From Octopus bimaculoides (lineage: Eukaryota), in the NCBI RefSeq assembly GCF_001194135.2, contig NC_068983.1, forward strand, positions 76,493,232 to 76,525,291: a stretch of 32,060 nucleotides of DNA, given 5' to 3'. The notes beneath the pieces were generated by a model. That model made no database searches, was not told the DNA's origin, and saw only the letters and a list, made by a program, of their open reading frames with translations. The stretch's first letter is position 1; the number at the start of each line of letters is the position of its first letter. This document shows positions 1-11,281 of the stretch, piece after piece. The translations under genes and the position numbers were made by a program.

Positions 1-49
<49 letters not shown>

Positions 50-92
50 CATGTGTGTGTGTGTGTGTGTTTGTATGTATGTACATATATGT
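1..92. repeat. (TA)n/(TG)n compound microsatellite
   Basis: Direct: TA run followed by TG run. Confidence 0.95.
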
Positions 93-96
93 AGGT

Positions 97-237
97 AGTA
101 TGTCTTTGGATATAGTGATAGTGTTAGTGATAGTGGTTGCTACAGTGTCCCACTCTGACGTCAGAGAGTTCGGCAAACTTTTGTTCCAGTGTTACTGCCA
201 CTTACCGGCGGGCTTCACGCGATTGTAGGGTTCCAAC
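97..237 (-). mobile_element. Inverted, internally deleted duplicate of the adjacent RTE 5' segment
   Basis: 123-237 is the reverse complement of ~268-415 (e.g. ggcttcacgcgattgtagggttccaac vs gttggaaccctaaaatcgcgtgaagcc; gttagtgatagtggttgcta vs tagcaaccactatcactaac), lacking ~35 bp; weaker similarity extends left to ~97. Confidence 0.85.
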
Positions 238-1039
238 TTTGGGGAAAACCTGAAGCAGATGCTAAATGTTGGAACCCTAAAATCGCGTGAAGCCTGCCAG
301 AAACTGGTAGTAACATTGAAGCAAAGGTTTGCCGAACTTCCTGATGACGAAACTGAACCAACTGATGGACAAACTCTGACGTCAGAGTGGAACACTCTAG
401 CAACCACTATCACTAACTCTGCTAAAGATATAATTGGTATTCTGAATAGAAGTCATCAGGACAGGTTTGATGACAATTCGACGGGTATTCACTCACTCCT
501 ACGTGTGAAGAATGCCACACCACACAACAGACATCTCCGTCAACCAACAGCAGCCAACAACAGACATTGGGCAAGCCTCCGCTCTGAAGACAAGTAATAC
601 AAGGCTATGCTGAGGGAAACAACATCCAAGCTTTCTACGTATCTATAAAGATCACAGGCGGCCCAATTAGAGGATCCTTCTTCCCTGGAGGAACGATGAT
701 TCAACATCACTCATCAAGGACCGAGATGGCATTCTGTCACAAAGGGCTGAGTACTTCAACATCCTCCTCAACGATGGAAACATCATAGACCCTCTTTACT
801 TGACAACGTCCCTCCACTATCATCTATTGATTGCCTAGATGATGCATCAACATTAGGAGGAATTGAATCTGCAATAAATGGCCTCAGATTGAACAATCCG
901 AGGAGGATGTAGGCTTTAGATGCTCCACCTGCGGACGTATTTGTCTCTCCAGAATCGGACTTCATAGTCATCAAAGGTTACATAACTACAAATCACGTTT
1001 GGGGAAATTACTCAGCACTTCACGATGTTCACGAAGACA

Positions 1040-1040
<1 letters not shown>
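238..1040 (+). mobile_element. Degenerate RTE-clade LINE fragment: endonuclease-RT linker fused to C-terminal C2H2 finger, RT domain deleted
   Basis: Linker-type peptides EWNTLATTITNSAKDIIG..SHQDRFDDN, IQGYAEGNNIQAFYVSIK, AEYFNILLN and LDDASTLGGIESAINGLR, then CSTCGRICLSRIGLHSHQRLH (CX2CX12HX3H, 921-983), typical of RTE/BovB-like ORF ends. Frameshifts present. Confidence 0.85.
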
Positions 1041-1076
<36 letters not shown>

Positions 1077-1748
1077 NNNNNNNNNNNNNNNNNNNNNNNN
1101 NNNNNNNNNNNNNNNNNNNNNNNNNNNNNNNNNNNNNNNNNNNNNNNNNNNNNNNNNNNNNNNNNNNNNNNNNNNNNNNNNNNNNNNNNNNNNNNNNNNN
1201 NNNNNNNNNNNNNNNNNNNNNNNNNNNNNNNNNNNNNNNNNNNNNNNNNNNNNNNNNNNNNNNNNNNNNNNNNNNNNNNNNNNNNNNNNNNNNNNNNNNN
1301 NNNNNNNNNNNNNNNNNNNNNNNNNNNNNNNNNNNNNNNNNNNNNNNNNNNNNNNNNNNNNNNNNNNNNNNNNNNNNNNNNNNNNNNNNNNNNNNNNNNN
1401 NNNNNNNNNNNNNNNNNNNNNNNNNNNNNNNNNNNNNNNNNNNNNNNNNNNNNNNNNNNNNNNNNNNNNNNNNNNNNNNNNNNNNNNNNNNNNNNNNNNN
1501 NNNNNNNNNNNNNNNNNNNNNNNNNNNNNNNNNNNNNNNNNNNNNNNNNNNNNNNNNNNNNNNNNNNNNNNNNNNNNNNNNNNNNNNNNNNNNNNNNNNN
1601 NNNNNNNNNNNNNNNNNNNNNNNNNNNNNNNNNNNNNNNNNNNNNNNNNNNNNNNNNNNNNNNNNNNNNNNNNNNNNNNNNNNNNNNNNNNNNNNNNNNN
1701 NNNNNNNNNNNNNNNNNNNNNNNNNNATATATATATATATATATATAT
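1037..1748. repeat. (TA)n microsatellite spanning assembly gap (N 1077-1726)
   Basis: Direct. Confidence 0.95.
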
Positions 1749-1749
1749 A

Positions 1750-1800
1750 CTAGCAGCCAAACCCGGTTTCACCCAGTCTGTTTGGATGATGTGGCTGTGA
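1750..1800 (-). mobile_element. Putative Helitron 3' terminus
   Basis: Minus strand ends in imperfect hairpin (acccgg..cccagt on +, 1761-1777) then CTAG|T into (TA)n. Shares the actagcag start with 31344. Interior extent unknown. Confidence 0.5.
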
Positions 1801-3044
1801 TTGTTTTCGGTTAGGCATAATCTATAACACCGTTTCTCAACCTGGTCCTTTGTTTGATTTCATTTAAATCATGACTATCGTCAATAAATTCTGAACTCAA
1901 CAAGTCATCACGTACTGCTACTATATTTATTAGTGGCGTTTGTTGACTGAATTGATAAATGCTACTTTCTTATGGTGATCTTATCATTGATTCTGATTGT
2001 TTAGTGTATAGCGTCTCAAATATTGGTTTGTTTGTTTATTTATTTGGGTTGTAAACAATACAATGATGATAGCAGTAATGATAAAATTGATAACTAAATA
2101 AATATATAATTATGCAATAAATATTCATGATGATAGAAGTGGTTATTGTACTATAGTAGACCTTACTTATGAATAACACCATGCAGTAAGCAATGTTATT
2201 AATGATGATGCTTATAATTAGTAATGATGATGATTAGACAGGAATATTCCTGCCTAAGTTCACTAGTAACACGCTGTATGAAAACCGAGAGAAACAGGTT
2301 ATTTAACGAGATCTTCCTTTTAACATGACTTGATAAAGGCTCTTCTACACCGAGGAATGCACCACAACCAATTATACAGCATTCCACCCGCGGGGCATCG
2401 AAGCATCATGGATAGAAATGATTGTTTGGAGCAATAAAGCTTCTTGTATATTCTATTTTCTGTCTCTATCATTTGTTATATACTCAGCGAACACGCTAGC
2501 AATAGGCAGTGAACGTGCTTCATCGGCTAACTACTAGGAACGTAGCCACTACTATTGATATATACATATGTAAGTAAAACGAGGAGTAAATGAGAAAGAA
2601 ATACTGAGCATTAATTTCGGTGGCATGTCGTCTGGCCCACTATCTCATAAATATGTAAGCGAAAAAGGAAATGAAAAGAATAGGTAAAGTTAGTTCCTCG
2701 AATGGTTTCACTGATAACAGGCCATATGATTGGAAATAGCCGGTATTGCAAACTAAACTGTCAAATTTTAGGATGTGAAAATGGATATCGAATTTTGTTA
2801 ATGAGAATAATAATATTATATCTCTTGTTCTGGTTTATATCACCGTGAAGTAGCCGTTTTTTTCTTAATATCTAAATAATGATCAATGGTATATAAAAAC
2901 AATGTTGGCTGACCCATCATACATTATACATAAAAAAGGAAATTAGTTGAGTGAAAATACTATCTGTAAACTTCCAATCTGAAAGTGATCTAACATCAAT
3001 ATATTTGGAGCAAATGATTGGAAATGTTCATTTAGTTAAATAAG

Positions 3045-3391
3045 AAAGATTTGGCAAACGATTGTTAAAACGATGGAAATTGGTATGTACATTATATGAC
3101 AAAACTGTGACCCAAATTTATAGCTTCTTTATACGATCAAACAAGTATGTCTCTACATGGCAGCACGACCTGCTGTATGTAGCAGCTAAGTCTTACTCAC
3201 ACCATATCGCAACGTTTTTGAAAGAAAATGAGTATAATATAGTTCTACCTATATCAAAACAACTGGGATAATCATGGTTAGAATATTTTCACTCATATGT
3301 GTGCCGCATAATGTGTGACCTGAAGCTAAAGAACAAAATTATAACTGTTTGGTTGAATATTTTCGTAGATTTTATTACATTTGATATCTGA
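3045..3391 (+). pseudogene. Candidate exon or pseudo-exon resembling iGluR amino-terminal (LIVBP-like) domain
   Basis: Frame 3044-3391 (116 codons) has one internal TAA (3269). Peptides WKLVCTLYD (3074), FLKENEYNIVL and EYFHSYV..CDL resemble, by eye, kainate/AMPA WKTVTVVYD, LLKE..EFHVIF and EYYHYI..LDL. AG acceptor at 3043-3044. Confidence 0.4.
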
Positions 3392-3558
3392 TAGTCAAAA
3401 GTTTAGTATTTCTATAGCGTATTTCCTGAATTTCAAAACATTCTCATTTCACCACATTTATCAGAATTTCATAAAACTGCAAATTATATTTGAGTGTTTT
3501 CCTTCATTTTGTGACTTTGAATAACTCATTTTTTTTCTAGTTTTGCCAATTTAATTAG

Positions 3559-3687
3559 AAGTGAAGGTAACCGGTTGGTTTTATATTCCTGAGATCATCG
3601 CTCTCCCAATATGCATTTCAAAACTGAACCTAATTGCTCAGGAATGGCGCCAGTTTGCAATCGATATACATCCCATGACAAATATAA
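3559..3687 (+). CDS. Candidate 129-bp phase 1-1 exon, iGluR ATD-like
   Basis: ttaattag|aa...ataa|gtaact; open frame EVKVTGWFYIPEIIALPICISKLNLIAQEWRQFAIDIHPMTNI resembles VNMTGFRI..IIEKW by eye. Confidence 0.35.
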
Positions 3688-4059
3688 GTAACTTCTCTCT
3701 CCTTAGTTTAACCTCTTTCTCTCAGACATAAATGTTATTAATACGTTGCATTGTAGTCATATGAAATATATTTTCTTTACTTAAGCACTTCTATTTATAT
3801 CAAAGACTTCAAATATAGAATTTCATATCAAAGACTAAAAGACAGCAATGTATTCCAAAATAAGATCTATGGTAATCAATACAACCAAGGTTATTCCATT
3901 CTATAATAAGTAAATAAAGAAATAAAAGCAACTCTAAAAACTTTTCATTTATTTGAAAGGATTGGTGAGATCATACACTTGATAAGAAAGACGAAGGTGA
4001 ACATTAGAGAAACATTCACTAAAACAAATTTATTTCTCTATAGACTACAACATTATAAC

Positions 4060-4240
4060 AACAATTACAGCACCAACATTACTATCGCGGCCAACATCAC
4101 TATCACAACGAAGAAGACGATGAGCAACTTCACCACCGCAATCACCACCAAAACAAAAACGACTCCAGTGTTATTATTATTATTACTGTTTGCATCAGCA
4201 ATTCCAATACAAACAACATCAGTAACAAATGGAAGAAAAT
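4060..4240. repeat. Degenerate (AAC/ACC)n low-complexity tract
   Basis: Trinucleotide periodicity; explains the T/N-rich part of ORF 3979-4242. Confidence 0.8.
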
Positions 4241-5096
4241 GAACGTAAAAATGTAAAAAGAAACTCTAACTGAAATGAAAGCAAATAAACAAAATCAATT
4301 AACAAAATGGAGATTTAAGTCGTAATACAAGTATTAATCATTCTTCTCCTGACACGAACTAAGCATATAATTATTGATTCAATTAGACTTTGTCTCCATA
4401 TTATGAGATATCTTTCGAATTTGCTGAGCTAAAGATTCTTGATAACGTATGTATAATATCACATATATTTTGCAAGGCGAATCTTTATGCGTGGGTGGAG
4501 TAGGAAGATGGTGGTGAAACTGAAGCTATAAACAAGAAAAATCATAAATGTCGAACCATTAGGGAAATGAAGCATATATATTTTCTCGCAATAAAGTTTC
4601 TATCAATTATTATAAGTACAAGAACAGCAACAACTACAACAAATAAACGTATAGCAACAATAAGAACGAACAACAACCTACTGGAAAAAGCACAACAAAA
4701 AGTGTGGACAAATATGTATAATTAGCTTAAGTTTTAATATCAAACATAAAAAGACTGAAAATGGACATCTTGCTTTTAATGTAGCTTTAGTGATACCTTT
4801 CTTCATGTGTATGTCTGCGAGTGATATTTACTGAAAGATGTACAGGGAAGTCATTAATTTGTTTTCCTTTTCTTTAATAGGAGATATTTTACATTTCTTC
4901 TTACGATTAGATATTTAGAAACTGATGTTTTCATCAAATTATATTTTTTTACTTGTTTATACATACTCTTACTCTTTAATCATATACTTTGAAGAGAAAT
5001 AAAGTAAATGCAACGGAAACATAAACAAATTCAAATAATCTACTTACGTAATGTTTCGTTAATCCATCTTGAAAAAGATCAGATTTGTTTGTATGT

Positions 5097-5098
5097 GC

Positions 5099-5139
<41 letters not shown>

Positions 5140-5149
5140 NNNNNNNNNN

Positions 5150-5198
<49 letters not shown>

Positions 5199-5240
5199 GT
5201 GTGTGTGTGTGTGAGTGAATGTATGTATATGTATATATAT
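5097..5240. repeat. (TA)n/(CA)n/(TG)n compound microsatellite with 10-N gap (5140-5149)
   Basis: Direct. Confidence 0.95.
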
Positions 5241-5825
5241 TTAATTGCGAACTTGGTCAGAGCCATGCAAATATTTTTCTATATGCCTCATTATGGATAT
5301 CTCTATCTATGGATGTAGAAAGCTACCATTGTAATATTTCGCCCCATTTTGGTCTGGTATATTTATATAACCAATTAAATATCTGGATAGAAATGTGCTC
5401 ACCTATGTAACTACCTGCTTACCAAGCTATCTAACCACCAACCTGTCGGTATGAGTATAGTTTGGTTAGACGTATATCTAGCCATAATATTGTCAGAGTT
5501 TTAGAGATAAACATGTAGTCATCCTAAAACCCGGTCTTCAATATTACGGATAAAGCCTACACACACACATACATAGATACATACATACATACGTACATAC
5601 TTACATTCTTGAAGAGATCTACACGCAGACTTTTTACAATCCTCTCCACAGAAACGATCGCCCTGACGTATACATGAATGGCATGTCAGAATGAGGATGT
5701 TGTATCTTTAAAAACAAGGATTACTGTGGGAACACAGACGCATTCACATATATGCATGCTTCTCTCTCGCTTTGTCTTTCTCTCTGTCTTTCATTCTGTC
5801 AATTGTTTCTCCTTCCCGTTCTCTC

Positions 5826-5827
5826 GG

Positions 5828-5911
<84 letters not shown>

Positions 5912-6365
5912 CATACATATACGTATATATATATATATATATATATATNNNNNNNNNNNNNNNNNNNNNNNNNNNNNNNNNNNNNNNNNNNNNNNNNNNN
6001 NNNNNNNNNNNNNNNNNNNNNNNNNNNNNNNNNNNNNNNNNNNNNNNNNNNNNNNNNNNNNNNNNNNNNNNNNNNNNNNNNNNNNNNNNNNNNNNNNNNN
6101 NNNNNNNNNNNNNNNNNNNNNNNNNNNNNNNNNNNNNNNNNNNNNNNNNNNNNNNNNNNNNNNNNNNNNNNNNNNNNNNNNNNNNNNNNNNNNNNNNNNN
6201 NNNNNNNNNNNNNNNNNNNNNNNNNNNNNNNNNNNNNNNNNNNNNNNNNNNNNNNNNNNNNNNNNNNNNNNNNNNNNNNNNNNNNNNNNNNNNNNNNNNN
6301 NNNNNNNNNNNNNNNNNNNNNNNNNNNNNNNNNNNNNNNNNNNNNNNNNNNNNNNNNNNNNNNNN

Positions 6366-6396
<31 letters not shown>

Positions 6397-6425
6397 CATT
6401 CATATATAGACACATACATACACAC
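5826..6425. repeat. (CT)n(TA)n microsatellite spanning gap (N 5949-6365)
   Basis: Direct. Confidence 0.95.
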
Positions 6426-7067
6426 AGTTACCTAGCATATAACTTGATGAGCAAGTTGTCTTATACATCCTGTTTCGCCTTTATTAAAATTACCTGAAAA
6501 TGCCGGCGGACTGTTTGCCATAATGTAATCTAAGAATGTATCAATAAATACTGACGAAAGAGCTGTAATGAATATTGAAGTCCACTTGTGTTCGTTTTTT
6601 ACACACACATGCATGCATACATGCTATGCATACATACATGCATTCGCACACAGACACATACATACACATATATAATGTACTGTTCCGAGGTAGAAAATTC
6701 AATAAGAAAAGTGCTCCATCTGGTGAAAGATAAATATTATTTATTTAAATGATACAATATATGTCTTTAAGTGCTATTAATACATTCATATGTTGAAAAA
6801 TGTCTGAAACATATTCATCAGGCAGAAACCACAGATCATGACGGCCAAACAAAAATTAAAAAAAAAACAACAACAAATAAATGAGAGAACACAAGCGCAA
6901 AACCTGAGAAGGCAGCATACAGAAAACGTGAAAGGTTGAAAAACGGAAAACAAAAAACGAATAACTAAAACGTAACAAGCCAAAAAGTTAAATTATAAAG
7001 CTGGAATGATAAAAATATATTGCATAACTATACGTATATCTATATATTTTAATATTTCACTTAGGTA

Positions 7068-7268
7068 TGTCAGCGAGCTAACACAATCAAAAGGAAACTA
7101 GGTAACATCGCATTATTTCCTGTGTATATGTTGAGACGTAATTCCGCCGATGTCAACTTTACTTTCATCATTCGGGGTCGATGAAATATGTACCAGTTGA
7201 TTTCTGTGTCGGTGCCTTCGACTGGATTATCTGTCCCCAAATACTGGCTTTGTGCCATAGATTGAAAC
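7068..7268 (+). mobile_element. Degenerate tRNA-derived SINE, family A
   Basis: cagcgagcta..aattccgccgatgtcaactttactttcatcattcggggtcgat..gtaccagtt..tactggctttgtgcc aligns with the 18368-18585 copy. Confidence 0.75.
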
Positions 7269-7483
7269 CAATCTTTCGTTTAGGTATAATGATACAAATA
7301 ACTTAGTTTTGGAACTCAACGTACATGCGCTTCATAAAAAAAAAACATAGTCGAGTGCAGAGCGTAATAAGAGATTATATAAATGACAATGAAAATTGAA
7401 ATTACGTCATGAACGTGATTAGCTTACACACTCTTTTTGCATCTCTGTCATTCTCTCCTTCTCTGGATATAAATATAAAGACA

Positions 7484-7495
7484 CACACACACACA

Positions 7496-7565
<70 letters not shown>

Positions 7566-7590
7566 AAGAGAGAGAGAGAGTGAGAAAGTG
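7484..7590. repeat. (CA)n(TA)n(GA)n microsatellite
   Basis: Direct. Confidence 0.95.
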
Positions 7591-7619
7591 AGTGTTTGGA
7601 GTGAAGTACATATATTGTA

Positions 7620-8007
7620 TATTGAGAAAAAGAGGCGGTCAGAATTTTGGATAATCCTTTATTAGCGGTTTCGTTCATTTTCGAACTTGTGAAGACAAAA
7701 TGAAAATCATAATTGTAAAAAAACAGAACGTTTCGCTGTTCATTTATATGAATCGGATGTTTCTTGTTTTGTTTAGAAGAGGAGAATATTGTTTATATTT
7801 TCTCTTTACTTTTTTACAAAAAAAAACAAATACAATATTCTGCTCTTTCAAACAAAGCAACAAAAAACATCCGATTCATGTAAATTAACAACGAAGTGTT
7901 CTGTTTTTACCATTTTGATCTTGATTTCCTTTGAACGAGTTCGAAAACAAACGAAAGCGCTAATAAAGGATTAATAAAGGATTCTGACCGCTTCATTTTT
8001 CTCAATA
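7620..8007. mobile_element. ~390-bp fold-back (hairpin) MITE with TA flanks
   Basis: Arms ~7618-7802 and ~7818-8009 are reverse-complementary (tattgagaaaaa..gcggtcagaat / attctgaccgc..tttttctcaata; atgaatcggatgtt / aacatccgattcat; ttttcgaac / gttcgaaaa). TA at 7618-19 and 8008-09. Confidence 0.85.
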
Positions 8008-8009
8008 TA

Positions 8010-9227
8010 GAAGGTGCCGTGAATAAATTGGTTAAATTACGCAAATATGAAAATAAAACTGACATCTCATTAAAACAGATATATTCGCCAAAATTACATA
8101 CGCATACCTTCAGAATCTCCTGCAACTCTTCTGGATGGTTTCCTTGTTTAAGTTGGTGAATGCTGCCATAATCCTTGCCTTAAGTTCATCATTAGTGCTA
8201 CAAGGAGTTTTGTTGGTCTATCGCACAACTGCGCCCCACACATAATAATCAAAGGGGTTGCAGTCTGAGGACGTAGGTGGCTTGATGCTAGGGGTGATGT
8301 GACCGCCGAAATTGTCTGACAGCCATGACATGGTTTCCTGCTTGTATGGCATGGTACATAGTCCTATTGCCAAACATAGAGTCTTCCAGCAGCCACCCTT
8401 TTCACACATGACAGCACTACCTCCTTCAGGCATTTGAATCGGGCCTTAAGGCAGTGTGCAAAGACGAATGGATGCATAACGTCACCTTCACAAGTGATCA
8501 CTCCAACAACATGATGTTGATTAAATGTTTGATTTTTATCACTCACGGTATCTCTTTTGGGGACATGACATGCCAACGGTTGATCTGTGTGTTTACCATC
8601 TGATCCTTGGAGAAATTTTTCTTGTTTGAGAAAAACCAAAGCATGTTCGGTTGGAAGGGATGCTTGAATTTGTTCAAAAGCTTCATAGGGCGATCTTTCC
8701 TCTTGTCTTTGATGACTTGGAATAAAAATTAGCCCTTTCTCATCTTTTATGAGGAACACCGAAAGTCTTCATGCACTACCTGCTTGATAAGAAACCCAGA
8801 CATTCTCTGTCCCTGGCCATGGACCTGATTGACTTAGAAGGATCGTTGTCAGTCATGGCCTGGGTCTCAGCAACAGATTCAGGAGTTCTTTTCATATCAT
8901 AACGATCAGAGTGAGTTTTTCGAGCTACCGTTCCATCGTAATCATCATTAGACTCATCCGATTCTTTTCGAATCCTCTGCACTGTCTTCAGCTTCACACC
9001 CAAACACTCTGAAATGTTCGTATTGTAGCTTCCGGCACGAATGTCAAGCAGTACAGCATGTCGTTTCAAAATTCCTGGCAGAGTGGATTGAGTCGTGGTG
9101 CTGCTTTTCTAACAGACGGTACCCATCTGACCCTACTCGTTTGACCCTAGTAACAAAATGAAAAACAAAAATACGCATGCGCAAAGTTCAAAATATAAAA
9201 TGGTGACAATCTACACATCGGAACCTG
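8010..9227 (-). mobile_element. Near full-length inactive Tc1/mariner DD37D (maT) transposon
   Basis: HTH region KRHAVLLDIRAG..DPSKSIRSMARD; WFFSNKKNF (first catalytic D mutated to N, 8624-8626); YVWQ*D; PPTSSDCNPFDYYVWG with 37 residues between D2 and D3 after one frameshift. Diverged ~21-bp TIRs and TA at 8008-09 and 9228-29. Confidence 0.92.
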
Positions 9228-9485
9228 TATATATATATATATATATACTTTTACTCTTTATTCTTCTATTTTATTCTTTATAAACAGTGAACTTCTCTGT
9301 CTAGAGCATTCATACACAGTCACCTTGTCTCTGATTACGGAATACCTAGTGTACGGACATGCAAGCATATAACTTGGGATATCTCCGAAAAAAATATAAG
9401 ACTCCAAACTCACCTGACACTAATTAAATTATTCTAAATGGCTTGACATACTCGTCCTACCTTAGGTTTACTGCCCTTTTCCCAC

Positions 9486-9537
<52 letters not shown>

Positions 9538-9738
9538 NNNNNNNNNNNNNNNNNNNNNNNNNNNNNNNNNNNNNNNNNNNNNNNNNNNNNNNNNNNNNNN
9601 NNNNNNNNNNNNNNNNNNNNNNNNNNNNNNNNNNNNNNNNNNNNNNNNNNNNNNNNNNNNNNNNNNNNNNNNNNNNNNNNNNNNNNNNNNNNNNNNNNNN
9701 NNNNNNNNNNNNNNNNNNNNNNNNNNNNNNNNNNNNNN

Positions 9739-9773
<35 letters not shown>

Positions 9774-9795
9774 TCATATCATATCATATCATATA
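9486..9795. repeat. (TAA)n, gap (N 9538-9738), (TA)n and (ATATC)n
   Basis: Direct. Confidence 0.95.
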
Positions 9796-10960
9796 AGAAA
9801 ATGGAGAAGAAATATAGTGGATACTTAGTTAATTTTATTTGTATCACGATGAAAAAAGTAATACATATAAGATTTGATATTTAAAAGAACAGAATCTACA
9901 AACGAAATAAATTTAAAAGAATCCTACATATGTGTCAATCCGGCCATTAAGTTCCGATCATCAACATTCAAGCCATGTTAGATGCAAAATAACCCCACAT
10001 TAAGTCCGGATATTATGAGGAAGGATGTTTACTTTCCGGTGATGTGCTACGAAATAAGTAAGATGAGGACCGTATTTTCAAATATTCAAATAACGTTAAT
10101 ATTTTATTCGGACGCCGAGGTCGTGAGGGGAGGTATTACCTAATGAAATCTTGCTAAAATACTATAAAGTATTTGAAAAATAGACTTAGTGGTAAGCGAC
10201 ATGAAGTAGTCGTTTAATTAGAATATGGGCTGTCATCGGCTGTTAAGAGTATTGAAGACAAACTGAGAGATGAAATAGGTTTTTGATGGGTAGAAAAATA
10301 AACGATATGATATATTAATATAACTATTGATTATTTAGCATTTCAATGTACTAGCGTATACATTCCATTATTCAATGAAAAGTTATAGTTTACATACTTC
10401 GGAGAGGAATTCATATATGTATGCGAAAAACTTATGTAAGCGTATAGAGCGAAAAATAGATTTTATGAGGGGTGCGGGATTACAAAAGTGACAAAATGGG
10501 AGAAAAGTGGGAGAAGAAACATACATAATGTGGGGTAAAAGATAAAAAAAAAAAAAAATTAAGAAATAAAAGGGAAAAAAGGGTAACATTATTTCATATT
10601 GTATACTACGATATTATTGTAGAATGTATTTCGGAGAAAAGTTATAATAGTTATTATTATTTGACATTTCAATGGACTAAGTTATATTTTCCATTGTTCA
10701 AAGAAAAAGTATCGGGTATAAGAAAAATTATAGTGTACTTACTTATGAGAGGAATTTACATTTTTATGCGAAAATGATAAAAAGAAAATGTGAAGTAGCT
10801 CTTAAAATCCGTTACATTTTTCTAAAGTATAATTGTTATAACGAGCAATTTCCCTTTTTCTTGTGGTTAAATATATTTTCTTGGGGTTTATTATGATGAA
10901 AAAATTATCATTTGTTTTTGTACAGAAGTATATTTATAAGATTCGTAGATAATATAAATA

Positions 10961-11139
10961 CAGTAGTACCTCGATTGTCGAACGACTCTGATCAAGAATG
11001 GATAGATAGATATAAAGCGCAATTTATTCGTGAGGCGTTCGTAAACTGAGGCACTACTGTATTAAATGAATATGAGAAACACAGGAGATAAAATACGATC
11101 TATTCGTGATCAGAGTTGTTCGAAACCGAGGTTCCACTG
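10961..11139. mobile_element. Tigger/pogo-like MITE with an extra internal right-hand TIR
   Basis: TA|cagtagtacctcgattgtcgaacgactctgatca...tgatcagagttgttcgaaaccgaggttccactg|TA; a second right TIR (cgttcgtaaactgaggcactactg|TA) ends at 11059. Confidence 0.85.
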
Positions 11140-11235
11140 TATATGTATGTATGTATGTATCTCACGTTTGTTTTCCTTCCTCCATTTCACTCTGTATTTC
11201 ATTTCTTCTCTATTACTTAAGCATTAGTTGCACCA

Positions 11236-11281
11236 TCTCTGATGAAGAATTATATAAAATAACCCGGAAACACCTGTAAGA
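11236..11281 (+). ncRNA. Degenerate minimal type I hammerhead ribozyme motif (Penelope-like terminal repeat)
   Basis: CTGATGA 11239-45, partial stem II (ttat/ataa), GAAAC 11267-71, loop ACCT, GTA 11276-78, stem I tct/aga. Layout matches published minimal Penelope-element hammerheads, but stems are eroded. Confidence 0.55.

Noticed and set aside
341-354. ctgatgacgaaac hammerhead-like core
   Set aside because: No stem II or III; it encodes PDDET within the RTE frame.
2200-2570. Repeat-like block with minus-strand ccgatga plus agcacg/cgtgtt stem
   Set aside because: No GAAA after the stem, so not a hammerhead; family not assignable.
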